A DNA stretch of 64,000 nt from positions 1,220,952 to 1,284,951 of the forward strand of contig NW_003314307.1 in the NCBI RefSeq assembly GCF_000143415.4, in the 5' to 3' direction. A program made the translations under genes and the position numbers. The DNA is from Selaginella moellendorffii. Taxonomy: Eukaryota > Plantae > Lycopodiophyta. Shown here one piece after another: positions 47,664-59,982 of the stretch (its first letter is position 1; each line of letters opens with the position of its first letter). Below the pieces are notes generated by a model. The model did no database searches, was not told where the DNA came from, and worked only from the letters and a program-made list of their open reading frames with translations.

Positions 47664-48700
47664 TATAAGCCATAAATTTTTCTTTTCCAATTTACCAACT
47701 TATGTCATCTATCTGACCACCACTGCCTTGGCTTTAGTTAAGTTCCCTTATTAAAGTGCCCACCTATTATACTAACTTTTACTTAGTTTCAGCTACTTAA
47801 TGCATGAACAATAGTGTTAACCATCCATTTACAAATTCCCAATTTTTTTCCCAATCCCCCTCTCTGGGTTAAATTAGACTTAAAATTTGGCTACACTCCC
47901 CACAAGTATAAACAACCAATCACACCAAGCCTCTAGGTTCTTAACATCTCTTAATATAATAACACTTGATTATAAGAGCCTCTAAATCCCAAGCTTTGGA
48001 TGCATCTCTTGCTTCAAAACCCTAAAGGGAAACATTGTAGTCTAAAGGCTTAATATGGGTACTTTTACTCCTCCACTTCCATCCTAATTGAAAGGTCTAA
48101 GCACCTAAAAAAGAGCAAAGATCAATAAGCTACATAATATTTAAATAAGGCATCACTCCACTTGAGTTGAAAACATCATAATTAGTTCCCTTTCTAAGAG
48201 TGGGAGTTGCTCTTGAGCAGTTCTTTAGGTGGCCCTTTTGGCACCACCTAAGTTTGTGCTCACTCCCACTTAAGGCCTTTAACCCCTAGTCTCAACTTTA
48301 AATCGATTTGAAAGTACTATTGGAAAGTTCTTTCAAGATTGATTCTTGAATCTCATTATCCCTATTATACTTTTGGAACTTCCTGTAACCCCCCCTAAGA
48401 AATAATCACTTTGGGTTTTCACCCCACAACTTGTATTAATATTTAGATTCAGTCTCAGACTCAATCTTAGACTTGACTTTGGAGTTGACATTAGCCTCAA
48501 TCTTGGACTTGGTCTTGGACTTGATTTCGGATTTTAGATTCGGTCTTGAACTCGGTCTTAAACTCGGTTTTGAATTTGGTTTCGAAGTTAGTCTCAGACT
48601 CCATCTTGGACTCAGTGCCATTCGACAAACTCTTTATTGTTCCAATTATGGTTTTAGAAATCCTTTAGCCTACGACACCTTAGGGAGTTGGTTCTTTACA
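47664..48700 (-). mobile_element. Old solo LTR of the element-B family
   Basis: Full-length reverse complement of 28505-29547, including the hexamer array; AT-shifted. Confidence 0.85.
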
Positions 48701-49609
48701 CAAACTCAATATTGAGGTCCTAACATTAGCAAGTGCAAGTTAATAACATGAGTTTCTTATCACCGTGTCAAATATATTTGAGTAAATTATAACTTTCTTT
48801 TCTTAATGCCAATAATTTGAATTTTGAGCTATATCGCAAATACATTTATTTTACAATGGTTTCTGACAGCCATTAAATTCAATTTGTTTTTCAATTGCTT
48901 GTAGACTTTAGCTCATATAATATTAACTATGGAGAATGAATCAAGATAGTTAAAATATGGCTTCTAGAAAAAAAAACTATGATAAGAATAGCAACCTTGT
49001 CACAAAAATTTGCCCCATTATATCTCATGGAATTCCAATCGTTCCCCTGACTAAAAACTGCTGCTCTCTAGGTCAAACGCAGGCATGTGGAGAGCATGTG
49101 GGCGCCAAAAGTTTAAAACACGGATCGAACGGAGCATATTCTGCCAGTCCTGCCAGGAGTGAGCTGGCTGGCAAACGGTGGCTGGCCACTATTGGAAAAA
49201 GCGGTGGCCATTTGTACGACCAACCAATCGTTTTCCGGTGTAAAAGACAGTTGGAATGGGCGGACAGATGTAGGGCCAGGATTGACGCTGGGATTACGTA
49301 TGCGGAATGTCATGGTTTTGTGGAGCATTCATTCGTTCGCACCGCATTGGCATTGGGAAACGAAGAAAAGAAGGCCGCTCTCTTTCTTGAAGCTACCTAT
49401 AGGGTTAGAATGGGCGGTGGGATTGATCCATGGCGGCGGTGAGCGGGAGCTGGAGGTCAGTGTAGGTGATTTTCTTCCTTCAATCCTTGCTGCTGGATCT
49501 AGGCGCAAGAGTTTCGTCGCGAAGAAGCAAGCGAGATTTCAGTGCTGCCAAGATTCTAGGAGCTCGTCCTCGTCGATCGTCTTCGATGGAGAGATTTAGA
49601 GCTGGGGCC

Positions 49610-52438
49610 ATGGCGGGAGCGAGAAATCTATGGAAGAAGCTGCTCTTGCTGGCACTGCTGCTGGTATCGCTGCATTGGAGGTGCACTGCGACGACGAATC
49701 CCGGGGACCTGGCGGTCTTACAGAGTTTTCTCCAGGGAATCGACCAGAAATCAGTGCTTACAAACTGGAAGAACAGCGATCCTTGCGGGGACCGATGGAT
49801 TCACATCAAATGCACTGGCGCGGCCGTCACAGCCTTGGAGATGAACAACCTCCAGCTCGGTGGAACCGTCACTCCCGACATCAACAAGCTCAGTTCTCTG
49901 GATTCGCTCCAGCTCCAGCAGAATGGTTTCACGGGATCGCTCCCATCTCTCAGCGGATTAACGTCCCTCTCGCGAGCTTACTTTGGTGGCAATTCCTTCG
50001 ACACAATCCCGGGCGATTTCTTCACTGGGCTGACAAACGTGATGGAGATTTTCCTCGAGGACAACCACGTCAATTCTACACCGGGGTGGTCGCTTCCAGC
50101 GGACATCCAACACTGTTCCAATTTACAGACGCTGTCCATCACCAACACGACCTTGGGTGGAACAATCCCAGATTTTCTCGGTACGATGAGCAGTCTCAAG
50201 AACCTCTATCTGGCCTACAACACTCTCCGGGGTGGCATTCCGGCAACTTTTGCGGGCTCCAACTTGATAAAGTTCCAGGCGAACAACCAGCAGGGAAACG
50301 AGCCACTTACGGGATCCATCGATCCCGTTGCGAGCATGCAGTCGCTGACGACGCTCTGGCTTCATGTCAACCAGTTCTCTGGAGTGATTCCTCCCGGTCT
50401 GGGTAACTTATCGTCACTGCAAGATCTCAAGCTCAACGACAATGAGTTCGTGGGAGTTGTTCCTCAGTCGCTGACGCAGCTACCGGCTCTCAAGAATTTC
50501 ACCATCAAGGGGAACATGCTCGTCGGGCCCATGCCGGAGCTTGGCTTTTCTTACGATGGCTCCACCAATGGATTCTGCCAAGCTACTCCAGGTTTGCCGT
50601 GCGATCCCCGCGTCACAGCTTTACTAGACTTTGCTGGCGCCGCCGACGCGTTTACGTCTCCGTGTATGACGACATGGAAAGGCAACGATCCCTGTAGCTG
50701 GACCGGTATAAACTGTGTCAGGGGGACCGTGACAACGATACAACTTCCGAATTGCCAGCTTAACGGCAGCATCTCCACAGCGCTGGCAAACTTGACGGGT
50801 CTCACGGCACTGGATCTCCGGAACAACCATATCTCGGGCTTGCTTCCTGCAGCAATCGTTCAGATTCCGACGCTGAGAAACCTCAACCTCTTCAGGAACC
50901 GCTTGTCTGGGCCGCTGCCACCTTTCCCGAGTGGCTTGCAAGTCAATGTGGATGAAAATCCGCTGACGCCCGTGTCGCCTGCCTCAGGGAGCGGAGCCAG
51001 CCCGTCGGGTTCGTCCGGTACTCAGGCTCCAGGTTCTCCGAACGCTCCTTCTGGAGCGGAGCAAAGTACCCGAAGGAAAGTGTCACCGGCGGCGATTGCT
51101 GTGCCAGTTGTAGGCGCTGTGGCGGCAGTGGCTGCTGCCGTCAGCGTCTTCGTGATGTGTAGAAGAAAGAGGCCTCGGTTCATGCGGGTACAGAGCTCCA
51201 GCGCGATCGTGGTGCATCCAAGGGACTCGAGCTTCGAGAGAGAAACAGTGAAGTTGCCAACGAGTGTTGCTAAGGAAGGACACAGCGGGCCGAGTGAGGT
51301 GCGGGTAGAGACTGGCAACCTGGTTATCTCCATCCATGTTCTACGCAAGGCAACAAACGGTTTCAGTGAGAACAGCATTCTAGGCAGAGGTGGCTTTGGC
51401 GTCGTCTACAAGGGGGAACTTGACGATGGAACAAAGATTGCGGTGAAGCGGATGGAGTCAGCGGTGGTGAATAACAAGGGACTTAGTGAATTCCAGGCAG
51501 AAATCCAGGTCCTCACCAAAGTCAGGCATCGCCATCTCGTGGCACTGCTCGGCTATTGCATACATGGCAACGAGAAGCTTTTAGTGTACGAGTACATGCC
51601 ACAGGGAACACTGAGCCAGCACCTCTTCGAGTTTGCAAAGCACGGCTATCATCACCTTACGTGGAAACACCGGTTATCGATTGCGTTGGACGTGGCCAGA
51701 GGGATCGAGTACCTTCACGGGTTGGCGCACAAGAGTTTCATCCACAGGGACTTGAAGCCGTCAAATATTCTACTCGACGACACTTTGCACGCCAAAGTCG
51801 CGGATTTTGGACTGGTGAAGCTTGCACCAGAGGGAAAGGTCTCTGTGGAGACGAGGCTGGCAGGCACATTTGGCTACCTTGCGCCAGAGTATGCAGGTAA
51901 GCAAATTATCAACTCATACTTGTCGTTGAATCTGTATTTCCTTGCAGTGACGGGGCGGGTGACTACGAAGGTGGACGTTTACAGCTTTGGAGTAATTCTG
52001 ATGGAGCTTATCACCGGTCGACAAGCTTTGGACACAAGCCGCTCGGAGGAGACGATGCACTTGCCAACTTGGTTCAAGCGCATGAGAGTAAACCGGGAAA
52101 CCTTCAGGAGCTCTCTGGATCCCGTCCTGGAGGTGACGGACGAAGAGTTTGAGAGCATCTGTAGCGTTGCGGAGCTCGCGGGCTATTGCACAATGCGAGA
52201 GCCGTATCAGAGGCCCGACATGAGCCATGCCGTCAACGTGTTAGCTCCAATGGTGGAGAGGTGGAAGCCGTCAATGGATTTCGATGCCGAAGAGGGTGGT
52301 ATAGACCTGGGATTGAGCCTGTCGGAGGCGTTGAGGAGGTGGCAAGAATCAGAGACAGGAATGGACGAGACGCGGACGAGCCTTCCAACTCGGCCTCCTG
52401 GCTTTGCGGATTCATTCTCTTCCACGGACGTGCGGTAG
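49610..52438 (+). CDS. TMK: TMK-family (LRR-IX) leucine-rich repeat receptor-like kinase
   Basis: Signal peptide; LRRs interrupted by a Cys-containing island (FC..PG.PCD.RV..LL, WKGNDPC); TM; GNLVISIHVLR; kinase LGRGGFG, HRDLKPSN, DFG, APEYA; terminal PTRPPGFADSFSSTDVR. One 51-nt intron at 51897-51947. Alternative ATG at 49586. Confidence 0.95.
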   Translation: MAGARNLWKKLLLLALLLVSLHWRCTATTNPGDLAVLQSFLQGIDQKSVLTNWKNSDPCGDRWIHIKCTGAAVTALEMNNLQLGGTVTPDINKLSSLDSLQLQQNGFTGSLPSLSGLTSLSRAYFGGNSFDTIPGDFFTGLTNVMEIFLEDNHVNSTPGWSLPADIQHCSNLQTLSITNTTLGGTIPDFLGTMSSLKNLYLAYNTLRGGIPATFAGSNLIKFQANNQQGNEPLTGSIDPVASMQSLTTLWLHVNQFSGVIPPGLGNLSSLQDLKLNDNEFVGVVPQSLTQLPALKNFTIKGNMLVGPMPELGFSYDGSTNGFCQATPGLPCDPRVTALLDFAGAADAFTSPCMTTWKGNDPCSWTGINCVRGTVTTIQLPNCQLNGSISTALANLTGLTALDLRNNHISGLLPAAIVQIPTLRNLNLFRNRLSGPLPPFPSGLQVNVDENPLTPVSPASGSGASPSGSSGTQAPGSPNAPSGAEQSTRRKVSPAAIAVPVVGAVAAVAAAVSVFVMCRRKRPRFMRVQSSSAIVVHPRDSSFERETVKLPTSVAKEGHSGPSEVRVETGNLVISIHVLRKATNGFSENSILGRGGFGVVYKGELDDGTKIAVKRMESAVVNNKGLSEFQAEIQVLTKVRHRHLVALLGYCIHGNEKLLVYEYMPQGTLSQHLFEFAKHGYHHLTWKHRLSIALDVARGIEYLHGLAHKSFIHRDLKPSNILLDDTLHAKVADFGLVKLAPEGKVSVETRLAGTFGYLAPEYAGKQIINSYLSLNLYFLAVTGRVTTKVDVYSFGVILMELITGRQALDTSRSEETMHLPTWFKRMRVNRETFRSSLDPVLEVTDEEFESICSVAELAGYCTMREPYQRPDMSHAVNVLAPMVERWKPSMDFDAEEGGIDLGLSLSEALRRWQESETGMDETRTSLPTRPPGFADSFSSTDVR

Positions 52439-52567
52439 AAAAGTCTGGTTCGCAACGACATCTATCAGCTAGAAAGAAGATATTGGATTCAACGAAAAAA
52501 ATGGCAACAAAAACTGGGAAGAGATGGGAAAAGGAAGAAAGAAAGAATTGATCAGCGCGGACGGAGC

Positions 52568-53650
52568 TCAACTATTTGGTGACAAGCTTGTGCTGCTGCT
52601 GCTGGTGTTGGCGGACAGGATCTCGTTGACGGCCGCTGACGAGTCGAACATGTCGGGAATCCAGTCAAAGGGTCCATGATTTGCGACTTTTTTATCGTTA
52701 GAATCGTCAACATTGGAGAGATGCCAGTGAATCCCGCTGCAAGAGCTTGGAGACGAGGGCCCTCCTGTCAGCTGGCTTGGGCTTGATTCGGAGTCGCTTA
52801 GAATGCTGTCATACCAGACGTCCGGATACTTTTGCTGCTCCGGAGGCTGTACGCAACAAGAACAGGCAACCGAAAAGCTCGAGTTGCTGCTCAAGTTACT
52901 GGTTCTTTGCAAGGACTCCCTGTATGCTGCTGCTGCTGGGTACAAGAAAGAAGAGGAAGAAGAAAACGAGGAAGAAGATCCCAGCAGTAGAGGACCAGTA
53001 CCAGCAACAGCAGTGGCGGCGGTGGCATTTGGAAGCGGAAATAAAGAGCTGGTGGCGGCTTGATGAGAAAGGAATTGATTGAAGTTGGGAATTTGGAAGT
53101 GGTGGTGAGGAGGAAGGCTCATCATTCGAGGACGCATGGAACTTGGAAGTATGATCCTGGGCTTCGCAACGCTGCTACCACCAGCGCTCCCTTGTCGAGA
53201 AGACGAAGAAAACGACGGGGGTGATGGCCGGAGGTTGAGCTGAGCTCGGGAGCCGTAGAGCCGCCAGGCTGCCATGTCGTAAGCTTGAGCAGCGTCTTGA
53301 GCAGTCGCAAATGTTCCCAGCCATACCCGAGTCCGCCTCCTCGGCTCGCGGATCTCGGCTACCCATCGTCCCCAGCTCCGTTGCCGGACACCTCTGTACG
53401 TGTAGAGACCGTTCTCTGGACCGCCTTTCCCTCTGGCTCTCGCTCTCCTTCCTCCTTTCTGGGAAGAAGGACGGGCATTGGAAGTAGCAGCAGCACCAGC
53501 AGCAGCAGAGCTCACTTCCTCCGCGACTCCTGGAGGCTGGATTGGCGCTGGTGGTGGTGGTGATGGTGGTGTTGGAGGCGGTGCTGAATTATCCATCGAC
53601 GGTGGTGGTGAAGCAGCGCCGTGAATTGGAATGCTTTCCAGTTCAAACAT
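52568..53650 (-). CDS. AP2/ERF transcription factor, DREB subfamily (DREB2/ABI4-like)
   Basis: Intronless. GKGGPEN precedes [19 protein letters not shown]...WLGTF...AA.AYD.AA..LYG..A.LN; V14/E19 DREB signature. Confidence 0.93.
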   Translation of the reverse strand: MFELESIPIHGAASPPPSMDNSAPPPTPPSPPPPAPIQPPGVAEEVSSAAAGAAATSNARPSSQKGGRRARARGKGGPENGLYTYRGVRQRSWGRWVAEIREPRRRTRVWLGTFATAQDAAQAYDMAAWRLYGSRAQLNLRPSPPSFSSSSRQGSAGGSSVAKPRIILPSSMRPRMMSLPPHHHFQIPNFNQFLSHQAATSSLFPLPNATAATAVAGTGPLLLGSSSSFSSSSSFLYPAAAAYRESLQRTSNLSSNSSFSVACSCCVQPPEQQKYPDVWYDSILSDSESSPSQLTGGPSSPSSCSGIHWHLSNVDDSNDKKVANHGPFDWIPDMFDSSAAVNEILSANTSSSSTSLSPNS

Positions 53651-54799
53651 CTATCATCCGAGCTGCTGCTCGTCCTTTCTCAAGTAAGCATCCTTCCTCT
53701 ACTCTACTCTAGCACTGATCTAACTCTGCTTTGTCTATTCTTTCAGCTATAGCACTCAGCTCAAGTCCATCAAGGACAACGGTACGAATATATAGGTAGA
53801 ACTCGTCTTCTCTCTCTCTCTTCTCTGTCCCTGTCTCGTTTCTTTCCTCTTGAGTAAATGGTCTCATGTGATTTTCCTCAGTTGTTTTCCAGTATGGGAA
53901 GTGAAGAAGATCTACAGATTCTCGGCTACCTTGGACCTCGAGCCTTGACTATTCACGCGCTGGCTGGCTGTTTGCTCACAGGCCTTGAGGTATAGTAGCA
54001 CACACTCACGCTCTCCGCTGCAGTAACAGGAATCGCCAGGCTCAAAATTCTGCCTTTTCTTTTCCTGCCTCTGGGAGAGCAAAGAGATCGCCCAGTCCAG
54101 ATTCTCACGGAGCAGCAGCAGCAGCAGCAAAATCAATCCAATTCACGAGCGACGAGATCGAAGACAACGAGACGAGAGAGCGCGTGAAGCATCGCTCGAG
54201 AGAAAGAAGCCTTCGATCGAGAAGAGAGAAAAAAAATAATAGAGAGAATTATTTGGTTTCGCGACCCATGAATGAATGAATGGCGTACGGCAGGGGCAAA
54301 CACGTGTCGTACTGATTTGCTTGCTGCATTCCCAACAACACAACATGGTTGTGTGACCCAAAATAGAAACTCTCTCCGGCCACATTGTATTCCAAAATAG
54401 TATCAGCACATATAAGTTATTAAACTCTCCCATTGTTTTTGTGGTGTGGACATTACGTAAGTGTAGTATGTCCTTGTTTGTAAAAGGAAAAGAGAGAGTG
54501 GCAAATTAGCAGTGCCTCTAGCGATCGCCATCCAAAACCAAACTGGCCCGGCGAAACACCCGAGACGAGGAACAAAGAAATGGTGGTATAGTTTTAAAGC
54601 TTTTTTAACTTCATGGAAGGGGACATTGGAAGCGAGGAAACGAGATACGCAATTCAATTCCAAATCGAGTCACAGGCCGCCAGCCTTGTTACTTGGGACA
54701 CACCACAACAACCATGATAATCTGTGCCAAACTTTCTCCCACGGTCAACGGGAGTCAGAGGTGGTCAAACACTCTTTGACTCGACCGCTTCTTCGCGAG

Positions 54800-56649
54800 C
54801 TAGAGGCGGTGCTGCTGGAGCCACTCTCTCTCGGACATCGGTCGCAGGAACCCGTGCTTCTTCTCGTTTGCGATGGAGGTGGAAGGGCCACCATAGTTGT
54901 GACCAGGATAGACTCTACAAGGAAGTAGCCAGCCATGGAGATACATGTCAATGGAAACAACGCTACCTTGTGGAATCGGGCAAGGATGCGAGTTTCTTCT
55001 GTAAGCTTGTGTACATGGCCTCGACACTGCAATCTGGAAGATCCAATCTCCCGCAGCTACGTTTTTTGTTTTTTTGGGAAACATAAGAGCGTCGTCTATC
55101 ACATAGAAGAGTCGATTTAGAGTACCTGGAAATGAAGAGAGTATCGCCGGAAAGAAGGATGTCCTCAGCCGGAGCTCTGGACAGCATTGCTTTATCAAAA
55201 CCGGAGAAAGAAGAGGTGAGTGACACGCACCGGTTGATACGAATGCACTGGCTTCCCGGAGTGTGACCCGGTGTGTGTATGAACTCCAGTTTCACGCTTC
55301 CCACCATCACAGTGCTCAAATCCTGAAAAGAATTGGAAATAGACACTCAAAGCACGACGATCACCACTTACATCCAACTCGACTATAGACTGCGCGGGCA
55401 CCTCGTTCTTGGTCTTGATTGTTCCAGCGTCATGCTTGTTGACATAAATCTATAAGACACAAGAAAATGGAAAAGGAAAAGTTAGAACCAACACAAGAAA
55501 TACAATGGCTGTACCGGGAGATTATCTTCGACTGCCAGTTGACGCACTCCCGGCAGCTTGATCATAAGTCGATCGAAAGGAGGCGGAGGGGGGCCTCCAG
55601 TATGATCAAAGTGATAATGAGTAGCTACAGCACCGACCTTTAGCAGAGAAAGAAATTCTTTTAGAATAATCTCCGAAAACAGAATTCACTTACAAGGTTT
55701 ATGTGTTCCGCATCTGCGAAGGCTTTGATTCCCTAGTGGAACTCCAATAAAAAAAAAGGATTTTTTCCACGCATGTAAGGACTTACTTTGACGTCCCATG
55801 CCGGATCGACCACTACAGCCTCGCGAGTTTTCGCATCGCCAACCAAATAGACGTAGTTTTGCATCTGAGCTCCAGCGTTGAAAATCTGAAGTAAACATCT
55901 CAATGTGGCGAGCTATACTTTGAGCAGCAAAAAATAAGCCTCACTCACCTGCGTTTCTATTATATTCCCGGGGTTTAGACAGAAATCTCTTCCCGCTAGA
56001 AGCTAGAAAAAAAGTGGTCTTGTATCAGTCAAAAGAAATAAGTAAACTCCAGCGAAAAATCATACCTGTCGAAAGTAGAAGTTCCCATTTACAGCTTCAC
56101 GCGTGAGACGGAGTTTTCTACCGATGGTTTCATCTGCTGGAGACTGCAAGCTACACAGATAAAGATAAAACGAAAAACTCGAAAGCAACAAGGAAAAGAG
56201 AGCGAGATCGTACCAGTTGAGCTGCTTGTGCATATGCTTCCTCCGCACGACCGTAATCCCGCATCGCAAAGTAAACTTCCCCGCATCGAAAGTGAGCCTA
56301 CATGTAAAGAGGAAAGAAAAAAAACTTTCATCACATTTTCTCCAAGGATCCAAAGAGCCGCTTACTTTGCTCCATTTGCTGTTTGCATGCACGGATTTAA
56401 TTGCTTCATCCAAGGCCTAGTTGGATTGCAGATGATCGCATTTAAAGTTATGATTGATCGTTTCAATACCTCGATCAGTTGCCCCAGCTTGAGGTGCGCA
56501 AACGAGCAGTTGCTGTGCAAGGCCGCCAGATCATCCGCTCTCGCTGGATCCGCCACGGCAATCGCGATCGCCTGCTTGTAGTGATCTAGAGCTTGGGCGA
56601 AATCGCCCGCCTTGACCGCCTCGTTCCCCTTGCCTTTAGCCTCCTCCAT
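54800..56649 (-). CDS. TPR domain + metallo-beta-lactamase (glyoxalase II-like) fusion protein, multi-exon
   Basis: First exon is TPR-like (KGKGNEAVKAGDFAQALDHYKQAI..LHSNCSFAHLKLG). Later exons: YFRQ, YLVGD..VVDPAWDV, THYHFDHTGG, HTPGHTPGS, SGDTLF, GRLDLP, VYPGHNY. Short GT-AG introns. Confidence 0.85.
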
Positions 56650-59600
56650 CTCCGTAACCTAAACACTGTTGACTATCATTGACTAGTGCCAAATTTGATT
56701 TGCTTGTACTACATATTCTAAAATTGGTGCCATGCTACATAAATGTGACAAATAGGCTGCAATGGATGGCGCCACATTACAATCAAGCTTAAGGTGGTCA
56801 GAGTTTTATTGAAGCAGATGGATAGTATTGCATAGGAATATAACCTGATGAAAAAACAAGATCAAATGTCAAAACTGGTGTTGACCTAATTAAAAGGTTT
56901 GTAAAAGGAGTTAGGCCTCAAATTTGTACCCTGAAAAGCCCTGCAAAGGCATGTTTATCTTGCATTTGAGGATTGCCATGCTACTTGAAGGGTAGGGTTT
57001 GCCACGTGGCATACATTTTGAGGACAAATTCAAAATATTTTAGCCCTATCAAAGCATATTATCTTATTAATATTGATATGTAGGGCTTGGCTGAAATGGA
57101 AACAAATAAAAAAATGTTGATCACGAATCATTGTCAAAGCTTACATAGAAAGAAATCTTATTAAACCAATAGATGGGAAAAAATGGAAAAGAATTTGCCA
57201 ACAAAAAATGGGTTAATGGTTTTCAGAGATGATATTTCCATGATAGATATATATTATAATTTGATGGAACTGTGAAAAATCAGCTTCTTGAAATTTTTAA
57301 ACACTTGTTTGTGCTAAACATGGATTTTCTTGTCAAAATCAACTAAAAACTACTTCAAGATGCTCTCTACTTTAGATAATTTTATGTTCTTCTATTTAAA
57401 TGGTGATGATGACTACAATAAGATTAACTAGGGGCATGTTAATGATAAATGGCATCAAAAAGAGAGAAGGATTTTGTGTGATCGAACTAGTTGTATTAGA
57501 AGCATTTTATATATATAAATATCTATATATTAGGAAGTATAAGTTAAATTTTTATCTTGCACAATAAAGGACAATTGTAATATTCACCTTTCCTATTGCA
57601 AGGCAAAATAAATTGCCTTGTAAAATGTAACACTTAACTACCTTCCAAATTTAAAGCTTGCAAAGAGTCTGATGTAGTTAGGCGACATCTTTGGGTAACA
57701 CATACTTTGGGAATGATTAAATCCAAAACTTGTAATGAGCAATAAGTTGCCTAACCTGTCACAAGGCTTATTGCAAGAGTATGGCTTCAATTTAGTTTAT
57801 GGCCAATCTTGAGCCTTCAAAGCTATTTCCAGCTTGTAGCACAAGGCTATGATTAAGAAGAAACTCAAAAACACAAATGAAGCACCAATTATATTTTTTT
57901 GTTTCAATAAAAAATACAAAACTTAGATCTTCTTGGTTGGAAAATATTTCATAACAATATATGCAAAAACATATATTTATTGATTAAATGCCGTATAATA
58001 TAATATTATGAAACTTTAATCAATATATCACTTAAGCATATATATTTTGATTGAAATTACTTGATCTTAATAATTATTCTCTAAGACTCTTTTGAACTAT
58101 TTTTCTTGAAAGTGCATCAAATGTTTAGTGTCCCTTAAGAACCAATAACATCGTACCCACTAAAAACTAGGTGGGGCTATCTTTATGGTGCTTATATCTT
58201 TTAACATTTACAATAGAGAATGAAGATTAACTCTATTACACAATGCAAATATAAAGTGCTCAAACTTAAGATGAAGAAGTGGTTCATAATTTTTCCCAAT
58301 CCCCCTTCCCGGATTAGACTGGACCTAATGTTCGGCTACACTCCCTGCAGGCATAAGTAGCCAAGCACACTAAGCCTCCAATCTTAAATTTTTATCATAC
58401 TCATCTATCATAAGTTAAACTTTTTATTTCCAGAAGTTAAACCATTGTTTACTTGGATAATTTCACCATCAAATGTCCATTATAAAAAGAAGAGGATTTC
58501 CACTTTGATCACTTTTAAAGAAATTAATACCTTTTATAGAACCTATATTTAATCCAAAATAACTAGGTAGTATTGGAAAAAGTCATAGTCAATCCTTATA
58601 TCTAAAAATACAACTCAAATCTCTGCACAAACGTATATATGATCTAATACAATAAGAATAAATATTCCCAAACTTATTGGTAGAATAATATCATAGGATA
58701 TCCATTATAATGCTTTAGCAAATCCAAATTCAAGCTTAAATTACCTAGTTTACAATAGCACTTTATGCTTCTTAATACAATTATTCTTAAAGCACATTTT
58801 TTAATAAAATTTTGAAGTAGTTAATGCAAGTTAGTGCAGGCACAATACTAGAGCTAAATTGCCATGGACACATATCAAGTTTAGAGCTTAGTTAAATTTC
58901 ATCCTAATCAGTATAATGGTTTTTATTCAAGTATTACTTTAGAGGTAAGGAATTTGATACCCTTAAAATCTTATAATACTCTAAATCACAAAAAGGTTTT
59001 ATTTTATTTTATATAGAGTTTTTATGAGAAAGATTAGATGCTACAATCCTTCAGTTTGTGCTTATGTTTGATAACAATAGATGGTTTTGGTGTTAAATAT
59101 TAGTTTTAGGAGGATATGTGTCAAAGAAGAGTTTGCTGATAGCCAAGTTGTGAGATGAGTTTATTGTTATGGAAAAAACATTATTACTGTGACAAGCTTT
59201 TCTTTAGTGACTTCCAAAACAAATTCTAATTTAGAGACAATTGCAAGATATAACATATTTTTTGCCAGCATTTTGTAGTTCATATTTATGGATTACTTTC
59301 ATGGTAAGAGAAAATTTAACTAGCTTTATTAATGTTAAATAGATTATATATGGGGAAATTGATGGGTACTATCTTCATGAGACTCCTAGTTTGTGACTAA
59401 TGCTAGTCATGGTAGGGATGGTGGACACAATTATAAATAAGGTCATGGACGAGGAAGAGGAGGTTATGGTTGTGGTTCATAAGGATACTCATTAATAATG
59501 AGCTAAATTGTTATATTGAATAAAATTGATAGTAGTGTATAGAATTTTAGACCATATTTGTTAAGAAATAAATCATAACCATCAAACATTAAAAACTCTG

Positions 59601-59982
59601 AATCGATCATATAAAAATAATATCTCTAAAGTACCATTTATTTTTCTGACAAAACACAACTCTTGCATCTTTAATAACGAAAGTGTTTTATAGGTCTAAG
59701 TTGTTAAGGCACTTATTATCTTTCTAAAGAATATCCATCTTTACTGTCTGTTTCATTGGAATATATATATATCTTTACCCCTTCGCAAGCTCTAAATTTT
59801 GGATAATATAGTTAAAAAATAATAATTTAGATATTGAACTAATACATCTGTTTTACACTTATTTGGATTTACCAAAATACAAATAAGCATTTAGATGGAT
59901 ATCCCACAATATTATACCAATGAGATTGGCCTAATTATAACATAAAATAGTATTAAGGAGTTTATAAAATTATATACTTATC

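Noticed and set aside
48957-49599. 161-aa and 146-aa ORFs upstream of TMK
   Set aside because: No recognisable domain; they overlap the expected promoter and 5' UTR.
49630-53563. Many overlapping alternative-frame ORFs in the host genes (likewise in pol regions)
   Set aside because: Shadow ORFs of GC-rich coding sequence.
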